Below, one piece after another: positions 1 through 9,733 of a DNA stretch of 64,000 nt. Where the stretch lies: contig DATGEQ010000106.1 in assembly GCA_035309945.1 (NCBI GenBank), positions 143,503-207,502 of the forward strand, written 5' to 3'. The notes below the pieces were generated by a model, which saw only the letters and a list, made by a program, of their open reading frames with translations, was not told the origin of the DNA and ran no database searches. The DNA comes from Gemmatimonadales bacterium (GTDB lineage: Bacteria > Gemmatimonadota > Gemmatimonadetes > Gemmatimonadales > GWC2-71-9). The position numbers and the translations under genes are program-made. How positions within the stretch are numbered: the first letter of the stretch is position 1; each line of letters opens with the position of its first letter.

Positions 1-125
1 TGCCGATCGACGTGGTGCGGACGCGCAGCGGCGGCTGGCTCGTCTACGACGTCCACCTCGAGAGCGCCGGCAATCCGAACGGGCCGTGCCAGCCCGCGAG
101 CACGGGGCAGGGAACCAGGCCGTAG
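1..125 (+). CDS. 3' end of an unidentified CDS, truncated by the window edge
   Basis: Open frame from position 3 to TAG at 123-125 (..PIDVVRTRSGGWLVYDVHLESAGNPNGPCQPASTGQGTRP*). No recognisable domain. Confidence 0.3.
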   Translation, partial: PIDVVRTRSGGWLVYDVHLESAGNPNGPCQPASTGQGTRP

Positions 126-140
126 AGGGGAGCGTTCCAC

Positions 141-530
141 CTACTCGGTGAGCTCCAGCAGAATGCCGTTGGTGGTCTTGGGATGCAGGAAAGCGATTCG
201 CCGTCCGCCCGCTCCGCGCCGGGGCGCTTCGTCGATCAGCTTGTAGCCGGCAGCACGGCAGCGTTGCAACGCGGCGTCGAGATCCGCGACCCGATAGCAG
301 ATATGGTGGATGCCGGGGCCGCGTTTCGCAAGGAACTTCGCCACGGGACTGTGCGGGTCGATCGGCTCGAGTAGCTCGACATCGACCGGGCCGAGATGCA
401 GGCTGACGATTGTCGCGCCATCGGCGGTCTCAGGACCTTCGGGAGCAAGCCCGAGGACGTCGCGGTAGAAAGCGAGCGCGTCAGCAATGCTCGACACAGC
501 GATGCCGATGTGAGCGACAGAGGCGTTCAT
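141..530 (-). CDS. mce: methylmalonyl-CoA epimerase (VOC/glyoxalase family)
   Basis: 129 aa. The sequence HIGIAV..A..FY..VLG...ELLEP...SPVAKFL.KRGPGIHHICY.V.D...A......G......P..GA.G..IAFLHPK...G.L.EL is typical of this epimerase family. Confidence 0.8.
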   Translation of the reverse strand: MNASVAHIGIAVSSIADALAFYRDVLGLAPEGPETADGATIVSLHLGPVDVELLEPIDPHSPVAKFLAKRGPGIHHICYRVADLDAALQRCRAAGYKLIDEAPRRGAGGRRIAFLHPKTTNGILLELTE

Positions 531-569
531 CAGGTCAAACTAACGTCTAGCGAAGGAGCGTGTAGGGTT

Positions 570-905
570 ATGGAAGATGTGAAGCATCCGTCCGCCGTCA
601 CGGACGCCACATTTCAGGCGGAAGTGGAGCAGCACAAGGGTCTGGCCGTCGTGGATTTTTGGGCGACGTGGTGTGGGCCCTGTCACATGGTGGCGCCGAT
701 CATGGATCAGCTTGCCGGCAAGTACAACGGCAAGGTGAAAATCGTGAAGGTAGACGTGGACGCCAATCAGGCGACGGCGATGCGCTTTAACGTCCGCTCG
801 ATTCCGAGTATTCTATTCTTCAAGGACGGACGTCACGTGGATACGCTGGTCGGTGCCTATCCGTCACAGGCGTTCGAGCAAAAGATCGACCAACATCTGT
901 CGTAG
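570..905 (+). CDS. trxA: thioredoxin
   Basis: WCGPC active site inside a thioredoxin-length protein. The internal ATG at 570 gives a 111-aa product; the upstream part of the 396..905 ORF overlaps mce and looks non-coding. Confidence 0.9.
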   Translation: MEDVKHPSAVTDATFQAEVEQHKGLAVVDFWATWCGPCHMVAPIMDQLAGKYNGKVKIVKVDVDANQATAMRFNVRSIPSILFFKDGRHVDTLVGAYPSQAFEQKIDQHLS

Positions 906-923
906 CTTCCTCGCCGGAGGACG

Positions 924-1940
924 ATGCGCGCGAGCACCGCTCGCCTGACGAATTCGCCGGTTCGCCTCGCGGATCTGCAGTTTCCGCAGGTCAACCGGCT
1001 CATTCATCGCACCCGCCTCGCGTTCATTCATCTCGACAATCTGCTGGCGTACGCCAAGCGCGACCGCGACGGCCGCATCGACGGCTATATCGCGGCGCAC
1101 CTGCCGGACGAATGCGTGCTGCTCTTCTTCCGCAAAGGGGAGGCGGTCAACGCCGCGTCGCTCCACACCGCCGGCCGTCAGGTCATCACGATCACCGAGG
1201 CGCTGAAGCGCATGCGCGGCGAGGTGGAACGCGGCGACCTCGAATACTGCGCGGCGCCGATGGAGCAGCTCGCCTGGATGTATGGGTCGTGCGCGGGCGA
1301 CTATCAGTCACGGTTCATCGACGTCAAACAGCCGGAGAAATTCTTCCCGGTGTTGCAACAGGAAAAAGTCACCGGCGTGCTGGAACTCATCTCGAACGGG
1401 CGGGTCTCCTACCTGAAGTTCGATCAAGGCAAATACCTGAGCGGCTACTTCTGCGACAAGCCCGAGAACGTGCCGCCCGCGCGCTACCTCGAGTCGCTCT
1501 TCGACCCCGCCCCGGGTGGGGGGACTCCCGCGATGTCGGCCGGCACGTTCCCCGCCGCAGCCGATCTGCCGGCGCAGGCGCCGACGGCCCTGGTCAACAC
1601 GTATCGCGAGCTGTACTGGCGCATCGTCGATGCGGTGGAGCGGGAGTTTCCGGGAGAAGCGAAGCGCCGCGCGCAGAAGGTCATGAGCGCCATCGTCGAC
1701 ACGCATCAGGCGCTCGCGTTGCTGAGCGTGCCGCGCGGCACCGACACGCCCGATGCCGTGGTGAAACCCGAGGAGCTGTCGACGGCGCTCACCGACTGGG
1801 CACTGCAGCTGCTCGAGGGGGCCGAGGTCATGATGCCCGGCACGGCGACGAAAGTGCTGAAGGATGCGACGCGTGAGCATCGCTACGTCCTGCAGGCCGC
1901 CAACTTCTACGGCCGGCTCCCCTGGCGGGTGACGTGGTAA
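924..1940 (+). CDS. conserved hypothetical protein
   Basis: 338-aa ORF with a GGAGGA Shine-Dalgarno 3 nt upstream of ATG 924. No domain recognised by eye. Confidence 0.6.
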   Translation: MRASTARLTNSPVRLADLQFPQVNRLIHRTRLAFIHLDNLLAYAKRDRDGRIDGYIAAHLPDECVLLFFRKGEAVNAASLHTAGRQVITITEALKRMRGEVERGDLEYCAAPMEQLAWMYGSCAGDYQSRFIDVKQPEKFFPVLQQEKVTGVLELISNGRVSYLKFDQGKYLSGYFCDKPENVPPARYLESLFDPAPGGGTPAMSAGTFPAAADLPAQAPTALVNTYRELYWRIVDAVEREFPGEAKRRAQKVMSAIVDTHQALALLSVPRGTDTPDAVVKPEELSTALTDWALQLLEGAEVMMPGTATKVLKDATREHRYVLQAANFYGRLPWRVTW

Positions 1941-1941
1941 C

Positions 1942-2769
1942 GTGGCCGGAACGCTCTATGTCGTCGCGACGCCCCTCGGCAACCTCGGCGATCTCTCACC
2001 CCGCGCCGCCGAGACGCTGAAGCGCGTCGCGGTGGTCGCCGCCGAGGACACGCGCCACAGCAAACCCCTGCTCAATCACGCCGGCTCGAAGGCCGAGCTG
2101 GTCAGTTTCCACGCGCATTCATCCGACCGCGCCCTGGAGCGCATCCTGCGCATCCTCCAAGACGGGAGGGACGTTGCGCTCATCACCGATGCCGGCACGC
2201 CGGCGATCAGTGACCCGGGCGTCGAGCTGGTCGCTGCCGCTCGCGGGCGGGGAATTCCGATTGTCACCATACCAGGACCGACCGCCGTAGCGGCGAGCTT
2301 AGCGGTGTCGGGCATCGGAGGCGACCGCTATGTCTTTCTGGGATTCCTGCCCCGCAAAGGAAGCGACCGCCGCCGTTTGTTGTTGACCGCCGCCTCCAGT
2401 GAATGGACGGTCGTCATGTTCGAATCACCGAATCGCGTCACGCAACTGCTCGCCGACTTGATCGACGTCTGTGGGGCCGACCGGCAGGCGAGCGTCTCTC
2501 GGGAGTTGACCAAGGTCTTCGAAGAGACGCGTGCGGGGACGTTACAGGATTTGTCAGACCACTATGCAGACGCCCCGGTCCGGGGCGAGGTTACGGTGGT
2601 GCTCGCGGGCACCGGGAAGCCGCGGGTCGAAGAGCGGCCTCCCGATCCGGCCGAACGGGCCAAGGCTTTATTGGGAAAAGGGCTGTCCCGGAAAGACGCT
2701 GCGGATCGGTTAGCGGAAGAAACCGGAATCTCGCGGAATACGGCATATAGATTGGTCAACGATTTATGA
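1942..2769 (+). CDS. rsmI: 16S rRNA (cytidine1402-2'-O)-methyltransferase
   Basis: The N-terminus LYVVATPLGNLGDLSPRA...L..V..VAAEDTRHS..LL and the tetrapyrrole-methylase-like body are typical of RsmI. Confidence 0.85.
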   Translation: MAGTLYVVATPLGNLGDLSPRAAETLKRVAVVAAEDTRHSKPLLNHAGSKAELVSFHAHSSDRALERILRILQDGRDVALITDAGTPAISDPGVELVAAARGRGIPIVTIPGPTAVAASLAVSGIGGDRYVFLGFLPRKGSDRRRLLLTAASSEWTVVMFESPNRVTQLLADLIDVCGADRQASVSRELTKVFEETRAGTLQDLSDHYADAPVRGEVTVVLAGTGKPRVEERPPDPAERAKALLGKGLSRKDAADRLAEETGISRNTAYRLVNDL

Positions 2770-3443
2770 AAGCACTGTGCTCGGCCTTGGTCGCGGCTCT
2801 TGCGTTAGGCACCCCACACCCGACGCACGACACACGACGCGCGGCTTCTCTCACCATCGGTCGCCTGCACTACGACGGCGGCGGCGACTGGTATGCCAAT
2901 CCGTCCGCATTGCCGAATCTGCTGACGGCGCTGCGCGAGCGAACCACGCTTCCGGTAGCCGATCGCGAGCGCGTCGTGACGCTGACCGGGCCGGAGCTGT
3001 GGGACGTTCCCTTCATCTATATGACAGGCCATGGCAACGTGCATTTCTCCGATGTCGAGCTGCGCAATCTCCGGCGCTACCTGGAGCAAGGCGGATTCCT
3101 CCACGCCGACGACAACTACGGTATGGACAAGTCGTTCCGCCGTGAGATCGCGCGCGTCTTTCCGGACCATCCGCTCGTTGAAGTGCCGTTGACGCATCCG
3201 ATTTACAACCTGGTGTACGCGTTTCCGAAAGGCATTCCGAAGATCCACGAGCACGACGGTCTGCCGGCGCAGGGGTTCGGAATTTTTTTGGGAGATCGGC
3301 TTGTCGTATACTATTCCTACCAATCCGATCTCGGGAACGGATGGGAAGATACGACTGTGTACCATGATCCTCCCGCGCTGCACGAGGCCGCGCTGCGCAT
3401 GGGTGTGAATCTCTTCACGTACGCAGTCAGCGGGACAAAATGA
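2766..3443 (+). CDS. DUF4159 domain protein
   Basis: GRLHYDGGGDWYANPSALPNLL..L..RT...V......V.L..PEL.D.PF.YMTGHGN..FSD.E..NLRRYLE.GGFL.ADD.YG is the DUF4159 signature. The ATGA start/stop overlaps rsmI. Confidence 0.8.
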   Translation: MKALCSALVAALALGTPHPTHDTRRAASLTIGRLHYDGGGDWYANPSALPNLLTALRERTTLPVADRERVVTLTGPELWDVPFIYMTGHGNVHFSDVELRNLRRYLEQGGFLHADDNYGMDKSFRREIARVFPDHPLVEVPLTHPIYNLVYAFPKGIPKIHEHDGLPAQGFGIFLGDRLVVYYSYQSDLGNGWEDTTVYHDPPALHEAALRMGVNLFTYAVSGTK

Positions 3444-6400
3444 CCGAGACGGCGCGCCGACTGCGTCGCCTGGCCAGGCCGCACGCGCGCGCCCGCGCCT
3501 TCGCCGTGGTCCTCGGCGGTGCGGGAGCGGCGCTGGCCGCGGCCGCGCTCGGGCTTGCCGTCGCCCCCGCCGTTCCTGGCATGACCCTCGCCTGGGTTCT
3601 GGTCGCCGCGAGCGCGGTTGCCGCTGTCTGGGCGGTGCGGCGCGCGGGCCGCGACGCCACGCCGCCCGCTGTCGGCCGGCTGGTCGAGAGTGCCGCCGGT
3701 GGACGCGCCGGCAGCATCGTCGGCGTCGTGAGTCCGACGGTAGGCACGGCGCCGGGGGGAGGTTCGAGCGCCGCGTTATTGCTTGCGGCCGACACGCGCG
3801 CCGCCGCGGTCGTGTCGTTCGCGGCACCGGGTGTCGATGGTTTCATGCGGCGGACGACCTACCGTCACTTCTTCGCCGGCGCGGGCGCGGCACTCACCGG
3901 ACTCGTGCTGTTCGTCATGGGCTCACCCCAATCCGGCCGCGCCGCCGCGTTCTGGCATCCGGTCCGGGCTTGGCGGAACGCTTATGCGCCCGTGCGCCTG
4001 ACCGTGGATCGACTGAAAGTCCGCCGCGGCGGAACGGTGACTGCGACGATCGGTGTTCCCGGCGCGAAACGCGTCACGCTCTGGACGCGCGGGGCGGGGG
4101 AGCCCTGGAAGCCTACGGTCCTGGCGCTCGATCCTGACGGCAACATCGTGCAGCACATCGGTCCGATCGAATCGGATCTCTTTCTTCGCGCCGCGAGCGG
4201 CGGCCGCTCGAGCGGCGAAATCAAAATCGCCGTCGCGCTCCCGGCATTTCTCGCCGACCTCGATCTGACGGCGCGGTTTCCTTCTTATCTCGGTCGCTCC
4301 GATGAGCCGCTGCTCGCGGGGCCGGAGGTCATCCCGCTGCCCGCCGGGACGACCGTCATCACCAGCGGCACCGCGAGCGTACCGCTCGCAACGGCGGCGT
4401 GGACGCTCGAGTCTCATGCCGAGAAGTTGCGGGTGAGCGGCACGCGGATCGACGGACGCTTCATACCGCCGGCGAGCGGCACGTGGCGCTTGGAGGCGAC
4501 GACCATCGACGGATCGCCGCTGGAAGGCGCGAGTCCCGAGCTCCATCTCTTGATCGTGCCGGACTCGGCGCCGGTTGTCACGGTGCCCGTACCCGGCCGG
4601 GATACCACGTTGCCCATCTCGCTGCATCAGCAGCTGGTCGCCGACGTGCGGGACGACCACGGTATCTCGCGACTTGCGATCGTGAGCTGGCGCGTCAGCC
4701 GCACCGGCCGCATTGGCCAGCCGGTGCGCGACTCGGTGGATGTCAGCGGCGTGGGCGATCGCGCAATCGTTCAGGCCCGGCTCAATGCCGAGAATCGCAG
4801 CTTGCTGCCCGGTGACACGCTGCGCTTTTATGTGGAGGCACTCGACAACGCGCCGACCCCGCATGCGGGGCGTAGCCCGGAGATCGCGCTGCGACTTCCG
4901 AGCATGGAAGAGCTGCGCGCCGAGGCGCGCGCCGCCGCGCGAGAGGTGGCGACGGCGGCGGACTCCGTCGCAGCCGCGCAGCGCGAGCTGAGCGATCGCA
5001 CGCGCGATCTCGCGTCGGAGCGGAGCCGGGATACCGACGGGCAGGCCGGCCGACGGGCCGACGGGCGGAGTCAGGAGTCCGGCAGCATGTCGTTCCAGTC
5101 CACGCAGCGCGCCGAGGAAATCGCCCGCGATCAGGCCGCGATGTCACAGCGCGTACAGCAACTGGCGCAGGCGGTCGACGAAATCGCGCGCGCCGCGAAA
5201 GCGGCTGGCATCGACGACAGCGCGTTCCAAAGCCGGCTGCGCGAAGTGCAGGATCTGCTCGAACGCGCGCTCACCCCGGAGCTCGAACAGCGGCTGCGTG
5301 AGCTGCAGGACGCGTTGGCGAAGCTCGATCCTGAAGCCACGCGGCAGGCGCTCCAGCGCTTGGCGGAAGCACAGCAGCAGCTCAAGCGCGAGCTCGATCG
5401 CAGCGAGGAACTGTTCAAGCGCGCGGCCCTCGAAGGCGAGCTCGCCTCACTCGCCAAGGACGCCGAAGACCTGCAGCGCCGGCAGGCGGAGTGGACCAGG
5501 GAAGATGCGCAGCATGCCGATTCCGCAGCCGCCGCGAGCGAGCGTGACCTCGCCACGGCAACCGATTCGCTCGCGCGCGGCGTGGAGCGCGCGGGCGAGT
5601 CCGTGCCGCTCAAGCAATCCGCAGCTGCCGCGCGCCGCGCACACGGCGCCATGCAGGAAGCCGCGGGGGCCGCGAGTCAGAGCGACGCGCGCACCGCCCG
5701 CCGCGCGGGCCAGGAAGCGGCCGATTCGCTCGCGCAGCTTCCGGACGAGCTCCGCCATCGGCGCGACTCGCTGACCACGGCATGGAAACAGGAAACGCTC
5801 GACGCCCTGAACCGCGCGCTTGCCGAGACCGCGGCACTCGCCCAGCGCCAGCAGGAAATCGCCGATGCGCTGCGCGACGGTGACGTCAGTGCCACCACGC
5901 GGGGACGCCAGGCTGCCGTCGAAGAGGGAACGCACGCGATCGAACAAGAGATCGGAGCGGCGGCCGGGCGTCATGCGCTCGTCTCACCACAGCTCGAGGC
6001 GGCACTTGGCTACGCGCAGAACCAAATGAAAGAGTCGCGCGAGCAGCTGGAGCAAGGCGATCCGAATCCCGCGACCGCCGCGCCGTTTGCCGAGCAGGCG
6101 CTCGACGCGCTCAACGCGACCGCCCATGCGCTCGTGCGCACCGCGCAGCAGGTCGCCGGCGCGCAATCCGGCTCGGGTTTCCAGGAAGCGATCGAGCAGC
6201 TCGCGCGCATGGCGCAGGAGCAGCAGGGGATGAACGGTGAGGCCCAGGGCCTGATGCCGATGATGGGTCTCGGCGGCGACGCCGTGATCCAGCGACTGCG
6301 CGAGCTCGCGGCGCGCCAGCGCCAGCTCGCCGACCAGCTCGACCGTTTGCAGGCAGGCGGCGATGCCGGTGCCGCGGGCGCGCTGGCCCAGGAAGCGCGT

Positions 6401-6712
6401 GAGCTTGCGCGCCAGCTCGAAGCCGGCCGGCTCGATCAGCGGACGGTTCAGCGCCAGGAAGGCCTCTACCGCAAGCTGCTCGACGCCGGCAGAAGCCTCT
6501 CCAGCGATGAGCCCGACGAGAACAAGAAGCGCACCAGCCGCTCCGCTACCGCTGCCGACAGCGTCCACATCCCCACCGCGTTGCTGCCCGGCGCGACGGG
6601 CAACGGTCCCAAGATGCGGTATCCGACGTGGGACGAGCTCACGGGCCTCACGCCCGAGCAGCGGCGCATGGTATTGGAATATTTCCGCAGGTTAAATGAG
6701 CCGAAGCGTTAA
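3440..6712 (+). CDS. large membrane-anchored protein with a long Ala/Glu/Gln/Arg-rich predicted coiled coil
   Basis: 1090-aa ORF with hydrophobic N-terminal segments. The C-terminal half is heptad-like and low in complexity. The ATGA start overlaps the DUF4159 gene. Confidence 0.7.
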   Translation: MTETARRLRRLARPHARARAFAVVLGGAGAALAAAALGLAVAPAVPGMTLAWVLVAASAVAAVWAVRRAGRDATPPAVGRLVESAAGGRAGSIVGVVSPTVGTAPGGGSSAALLLAADTRAAAVVSFAAPGVDGFMRRTTYRHFFAGAGAALTGLVLFVMGSPQSGRAAAFWHPVRAWRNAYAPVRLTVDRLKVRRGGTVTATIGVPGAKRVTLWTRGAGEPWKPTVLALDPDGNIVQHIGPIESDLFLRAASGGRSSGEIKIAVALPAFLADLDLTARFPSYLGRSDEPLLAGPEVIPLPAGTTVITSGTASVPLATAAWTLESHAEKLRVSGTRIDGRFIPPASGTWRLEATTIDGSPLEGASPELHLLIVPDSAPVVTVPVPGRDTTLPISLHQQLVADVRDDHGISRLAIVSWRVSRTGRIGQPVRDSVDVSGVGDRAIVQARLNAENRSLLPGDTLRFYVEALDNAPTPHAGRSPEIALRLPSMEELRAEARAAAREVATAADSVAAAQRELSDRTRDLASERSRDTDGQAGRRADGRSQESGSMSFQSTQRAEEIARDQAAMSQRVQQLAQAVDEIARAAKAAGIDDSAFQSRLREVQDLLERALTPELEQRLRELQDALAKLDPEATRQALQRLAEAQQQLKRELDRSEELFKRAALEGELASLAKDAEDLQRRQAEWTREDAQHADSAAAASERDLATATDSLARGVERAGESVPLKQSAAAARRAHGAMQEAAGAASQSDARTARRAGQEAADSLAQLPDELRHRRDSLTTAWKQETLDALNRALAETAALAQRQQEIADALRDGDVSATTRGRQAAVEEGTHAIEQEIGAAAGRHALVSPQLEAALGYAQNQMKESREQLEQGDPNPATAAPFAEQALDALNATAHALVRTAQQVAGAQSGSGFQEAIEQLARMAQEQQGMNGEAQGLMPMMGLGGDAVIQRLRELAARQRQLADQLDRLQAGGDAGAAGALAQEARELARQLEAGRLDQRTVQRQEGLYRKLLDAGRSLSSDEPDENKKRTSRSATAADSVHIPTALLPGATGNGPKMRYPTWDELTGLTPEQRRMVLEYFRRLNEPKR

Positions 6713-8435
6713 GTTCGCGCTCGCTCTCATCGTCGCATTGCCGATCGTACTCGAGGCGCAAGCCATCGGGCCCGGCTTTGAGCTCGAGCGGTCGGGCCGG
6801 TACGCCAACGCGGCCGCCAGCTACCTCGCGACGATCCACGCCGATCCGACGAATCTTTCGGCGCTGCTCGGTCTCGAGCGGACGTTGTTCGCGCTGAACC
6901 GGATGGCGGAGCTATTGCCGCTGGTGCAGAACGCGCGGGCGCGGTTGCCCGACAATCTGGCGTTGCGCAGCCTGGAGTTGCGCGTGTACGCAACCTTGAA
7001 TGAGCCGGATTCCGTCGACGCGATATCGGAGCGCTGGGCGGCGCAATCGCCCCACAGCGAGGTGCCGTACCGGGAGTGGGGCCAGGCGTTCGCCGATCGA
7101 CGGATGTGGAACGACGCGCGACGCGCGTTCCTGCTCGGCCGCAAGAACCTTGGTGACGAAGACGCGCTCGCGATCGAGCTCGCGCAGCTGGAGCAACGGG
7201 CCGGCAACTGGGAGGCGGCTGCCGCCGAATGGGGGCGCGCGGTCACACGATCGCCGGATGTCGGCCCGAACGCCGTCAGCCAGCTGGCCGAGGCGCCCAC
7301 GGCGGCGCACGACGGCGTCACTCGGGTGCTGACAACGGGAACGGCGACTGCCCGCGCCCGCCGGCTGGGCGCCGAAGTGTTGCTGGCCTGGGGCCAGCCG
7401 GATGAGGCGTGGACCGCGATGCAGTCGACCCTGGCGCCGCGCGACGGCGAGACGGCTGATGCGCTGCGCCGCTTCGCGGATCTCGCGGCCGCGAACACGT
7501 CCGCGCCAGGGCATCGCGTGCGCGGGTTGGCGCTGACGCGCTGGGCCGACATGGTCCCCTGGCAGCAGGCGGCGCGCGCGCGCGCGGAGGCGGTGCGCGA
7601 GTTGCTCGACGCCGGCGACAAGGTTGCGGCGCGGCGCGTTCTCGAAGGACTGACCAGCGATTCGTCGATTCCGGCCGAGGCCCACGCGGCGGCCGAGACG
7701 GCGTTGCTGCAGGTGCTGATCGCGGATGGGCAACTCGATGTCGCGGAGGAGCGCCTCGCGAGTCCCGCGCCTTCGACGTTGTCCGAGGACGATCGCGCGT
7801 CGCTCCGACTCGCGCTCTCCCAGGCACGCGTCATCCGCGGGGAGCTGGACCGCGCGGCGACTGTGCTCGGCAACGATTCGAGCGTGACGGCGATCGCGCA
7901 GCGTGGCTGGATTGCGCTGTACCGCGGCAACCTCAAGGGCGCGATGGAGGCGTTTCGGATGGCCGGCCCCTACTCCAGCGACCGGGCCGCCGCCACCGAA
8001 CGGACCGCCATGATGGCGCTGCTGCAGAGCATCCAGCAAGAGTCGAGTCCCGAGCTCGGTGCGGCCCTGCTCACGCTGACGCGCGGCGATTCGATTGCGG
8101 CGATCGGCGCGTTACGGCGCGCTGCCGCCAAGCTGCCCGAGCAGGGCGGGCGACTCGACGTCTTGCTCCTTGCCGGCCGCGTCGCTGCCCTCAAGGGTCC
8201 TGAGCAGCAGCCGACGGCGACCGCGATCTTTGACGAAATCGTGCGCGCCGGCGGGGAGGGCGCGGCACCCGCCGCGGCCGAGCTCGAATGGGCGCGGCTG
8301 CTGGTGCGCGTGGGGCGCAACGCCGACGCGATCCCGCATCTCGAGCATCTCATCCTGACTTATCCGAACAGCGCCTTCGTGCCCGAGGCGCGGCGCGTGT
8401 TGGAGGGGGCGAAGGGAGCGATTCCGAAGTCGTGA
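6696..8435 (+). CDS. TPR-repeat protein with a signal peptide
   Basis: 579 aa, with a signal-like N-terminus followed by Ala/Leu-rich TPR-like repeats. The start overlaps the upstream gene by 17 nt. Confidence 0.65.
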   Translation: MSRSVKFALALIVALPIVLEAQAIGPGFELERSGRYANAAASYLATIHADPTNLSALLGLERTLFALNRMAELLPLVQNARARLPDNLALRSLELRVYATLNEPDSVDAISERWAAQSPHSEVPYREWGQAFADRRMWNDARRAFLLGRKNLGDEDALAIELAQLEQRAGNWEAAAAEWGRAVTRSPDVGPNAVSQLAEAPTAAHDGVTRVLTTGTATARARRLGAEVLLAWGQPDEAWTAMQSTLAPRDGETADALRRFADLAAANTSAPGHRVRGLALTRWADMVPWQQAARARAEAVRELLDAGDKVAARRVLEGLTSDSSIPAEAHAAAETALLQVLIADGQLDVAEERLASPAPSTLSEDDRASLRLALSQARVIRGELDRAATVLGNDSSVTAIAQRGWIALYRGNLKGAMEAFRMAGPYSSDRAAATERTAMMALLQSIQQESSPELGAALLTLTRGDSIAAIGALRRAAAKLPEQGGRLDVLLLAGRVAALKGPEQQPTATAIFDEIVRAGGEGAAPAAAELEWARLLVRVGRNADAIPHLEHLILTYPNSAFVPEARRVLEGAKGAIPKS

Positions 8436-9733
8436 AGCGACGAGACTTCGTGCGGACGGTTGGGCGCATGGGCGGATTGGCAGTTGCGTCCCAGCTCGGT
8501 CTTCGATTCAGCCCATCAGCGCATCTGCCCATCAGCCCATCGCTGTTGGTTCCGATGGACGACACGCAGACCGACCATCTCAAAGCGTACGGTCTCACCT
8601 ACCGCGCGATCCAAGCCGGTCTCAAAGCCGAGTGGCTGCTGAATTATCGCGGCGGGTCGTTCCTCATTCCCGACTTGGATGCGTTGCGGCGCGATGCGGC
8701 ACTCAACGGCGTGCGGACCGAGCCGGTCGACAGTGCGATGACCGCCGTGCGCGGCGAGATCGAAGCGAGCAACATGGACTCGGTGCCGCTCGAGAAGGCG
8801 CCCAAGATCGCCGTCTACGTGCCGCCGTTTGAGCAGCCGTGGGACGACGCCGTCACCATGGCGCTGCAGTACGCGGGGATCTCGTTCACGAAAATTTGGG
8901 ACGAAGAGGTCACGAACGGGACGCTGAAAGAATACGATTGGCTGCACCTGCATCACGAAGACTTCACGGGCCAGTATTCGAAGTTTTTCTTGATCTACTC
9001 GGGCATGCCCTGGCTGGCCGAGATGGTCCAGCGCAACACCGACATGGCCCGGCGGCTCGGTTTCCCCAACGTGCCTGAGCTCAAGAAAGCGGTGGCGCGG
9101 GGTATTCGCAGCTACGTCGAGAACGGGGGGTTCCTGTTCGCGATGTGCACGGCGACCGAGACGATCGATCTCGCGCTCGCCGCCGAACACGTCGACATCG
9201 CGGCCTCCTTCGCGGACGGTACCCCGATCGATCCCGAGGCCGACAGCAAGCTCGACTGGTCCAGGACCTTTGCGTTCACCGGCGCGCACATCGAGACGAA
9301 TCCGATGATCGCGAGCTTCTCCGACATCGACGGCCACCAGGTCAACGGCGGCGCGCGGCGCCAACCGCTCGGCGCGTTCAAGCTGTTCAACTTCGCCGCC
9401 AAGATCGATCCGGTGCCGACGATGCTCGTGCAGAACCACCGCCAGATCATCCCGGACTTCTACGGGCTCACGACGTCGTTCATGCGGAACCGGCTGAAGC
9501 CCAGCATCACGATCATGGGCGACGAAGAGGGCGCGCCGTGGGTGAAGTACGTTCACGGGGATCTGGGGAAGGGCACGTGGACCTTCTTTGGGGGCCACGA
9601 TCCCGAAGATGCGCAACACCAGATCGGTGATCCTCCCACCGATCTATCGCTGCATCCGCATTCGCCCGGCTATCGGTTGATTCTGAACAACGTGCTGTTT
9701 CCGGCAGCCAAGAAGAAAGAACTGAAGACGTGA
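8432..9733 (+). CDS. Tat-signal secreted protein of unknown function (class-I glutamine-amidotransferase-like fold suspected)
   Basis: GTG 8432 overlaps the TPR gene stop (GTGA). The N-terminus KRRDFVRTVGRMGGLAVA is a twin-arginine motif. From memory this family is often labelled 'asparagine synthetase B'; I could not verify that here. Confidence 0.6.
   Translation: MKRRDFVRTVGRMGGLAVASQLGLRFSPSAHLPISPSLLVPMDDTQTDHLKAYGLTYRAIQAGLKAEWLLNYRGGSFLIPDLDALRRDAALNGVRTEPVDSAMTAVRGEIEASNMDSVPLEKAPKIAVYVPPFEQPWDDAVTMALQYAGISFTKIWDEEVTNGTLKEYDWLHLHHEDFTGQYSKFFLIYSGMPWLAEMVQRNTDMARRLGFPNVPELKKAVARGIRSYVENGGFLFAMCTATETIDLALAAEHVDIAASFADGTPIDPEADSKLDWSRTFAFTGAHIETNPMIASFSDIDGHQVNGGARRQPLGAFKLFNFAAKIDPVPTMLVQNHRQIIPDFYGLTTSFMRNRLKPSITIMGDEEGAPWVKYVHGDLGKGTWTFFGGHDPEDAQHQIGDPPTDLSLHPHSPGYRLILNNVLFPAAKKKELKT

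Noticed and set aside
8522-8542. Shared in-frame segment CATCTGCCCAYSAGCCCATCG encoding PSAHLP(I/T)SPS in two unrelated genes (8522-8542 in the Tat protein, 11342-11362 in the helicase). I considered a mini insertion element.
   Set aside because: My back-of-envelope estimate uses a per-base match probability of about 0.28 at this GC and about 2e9 position pairs. It predicts several chance 19/21 matches, and about two 23/27 matches, in a 64-kb window. The match is therefore not statistically compelling without genome-wide copies.
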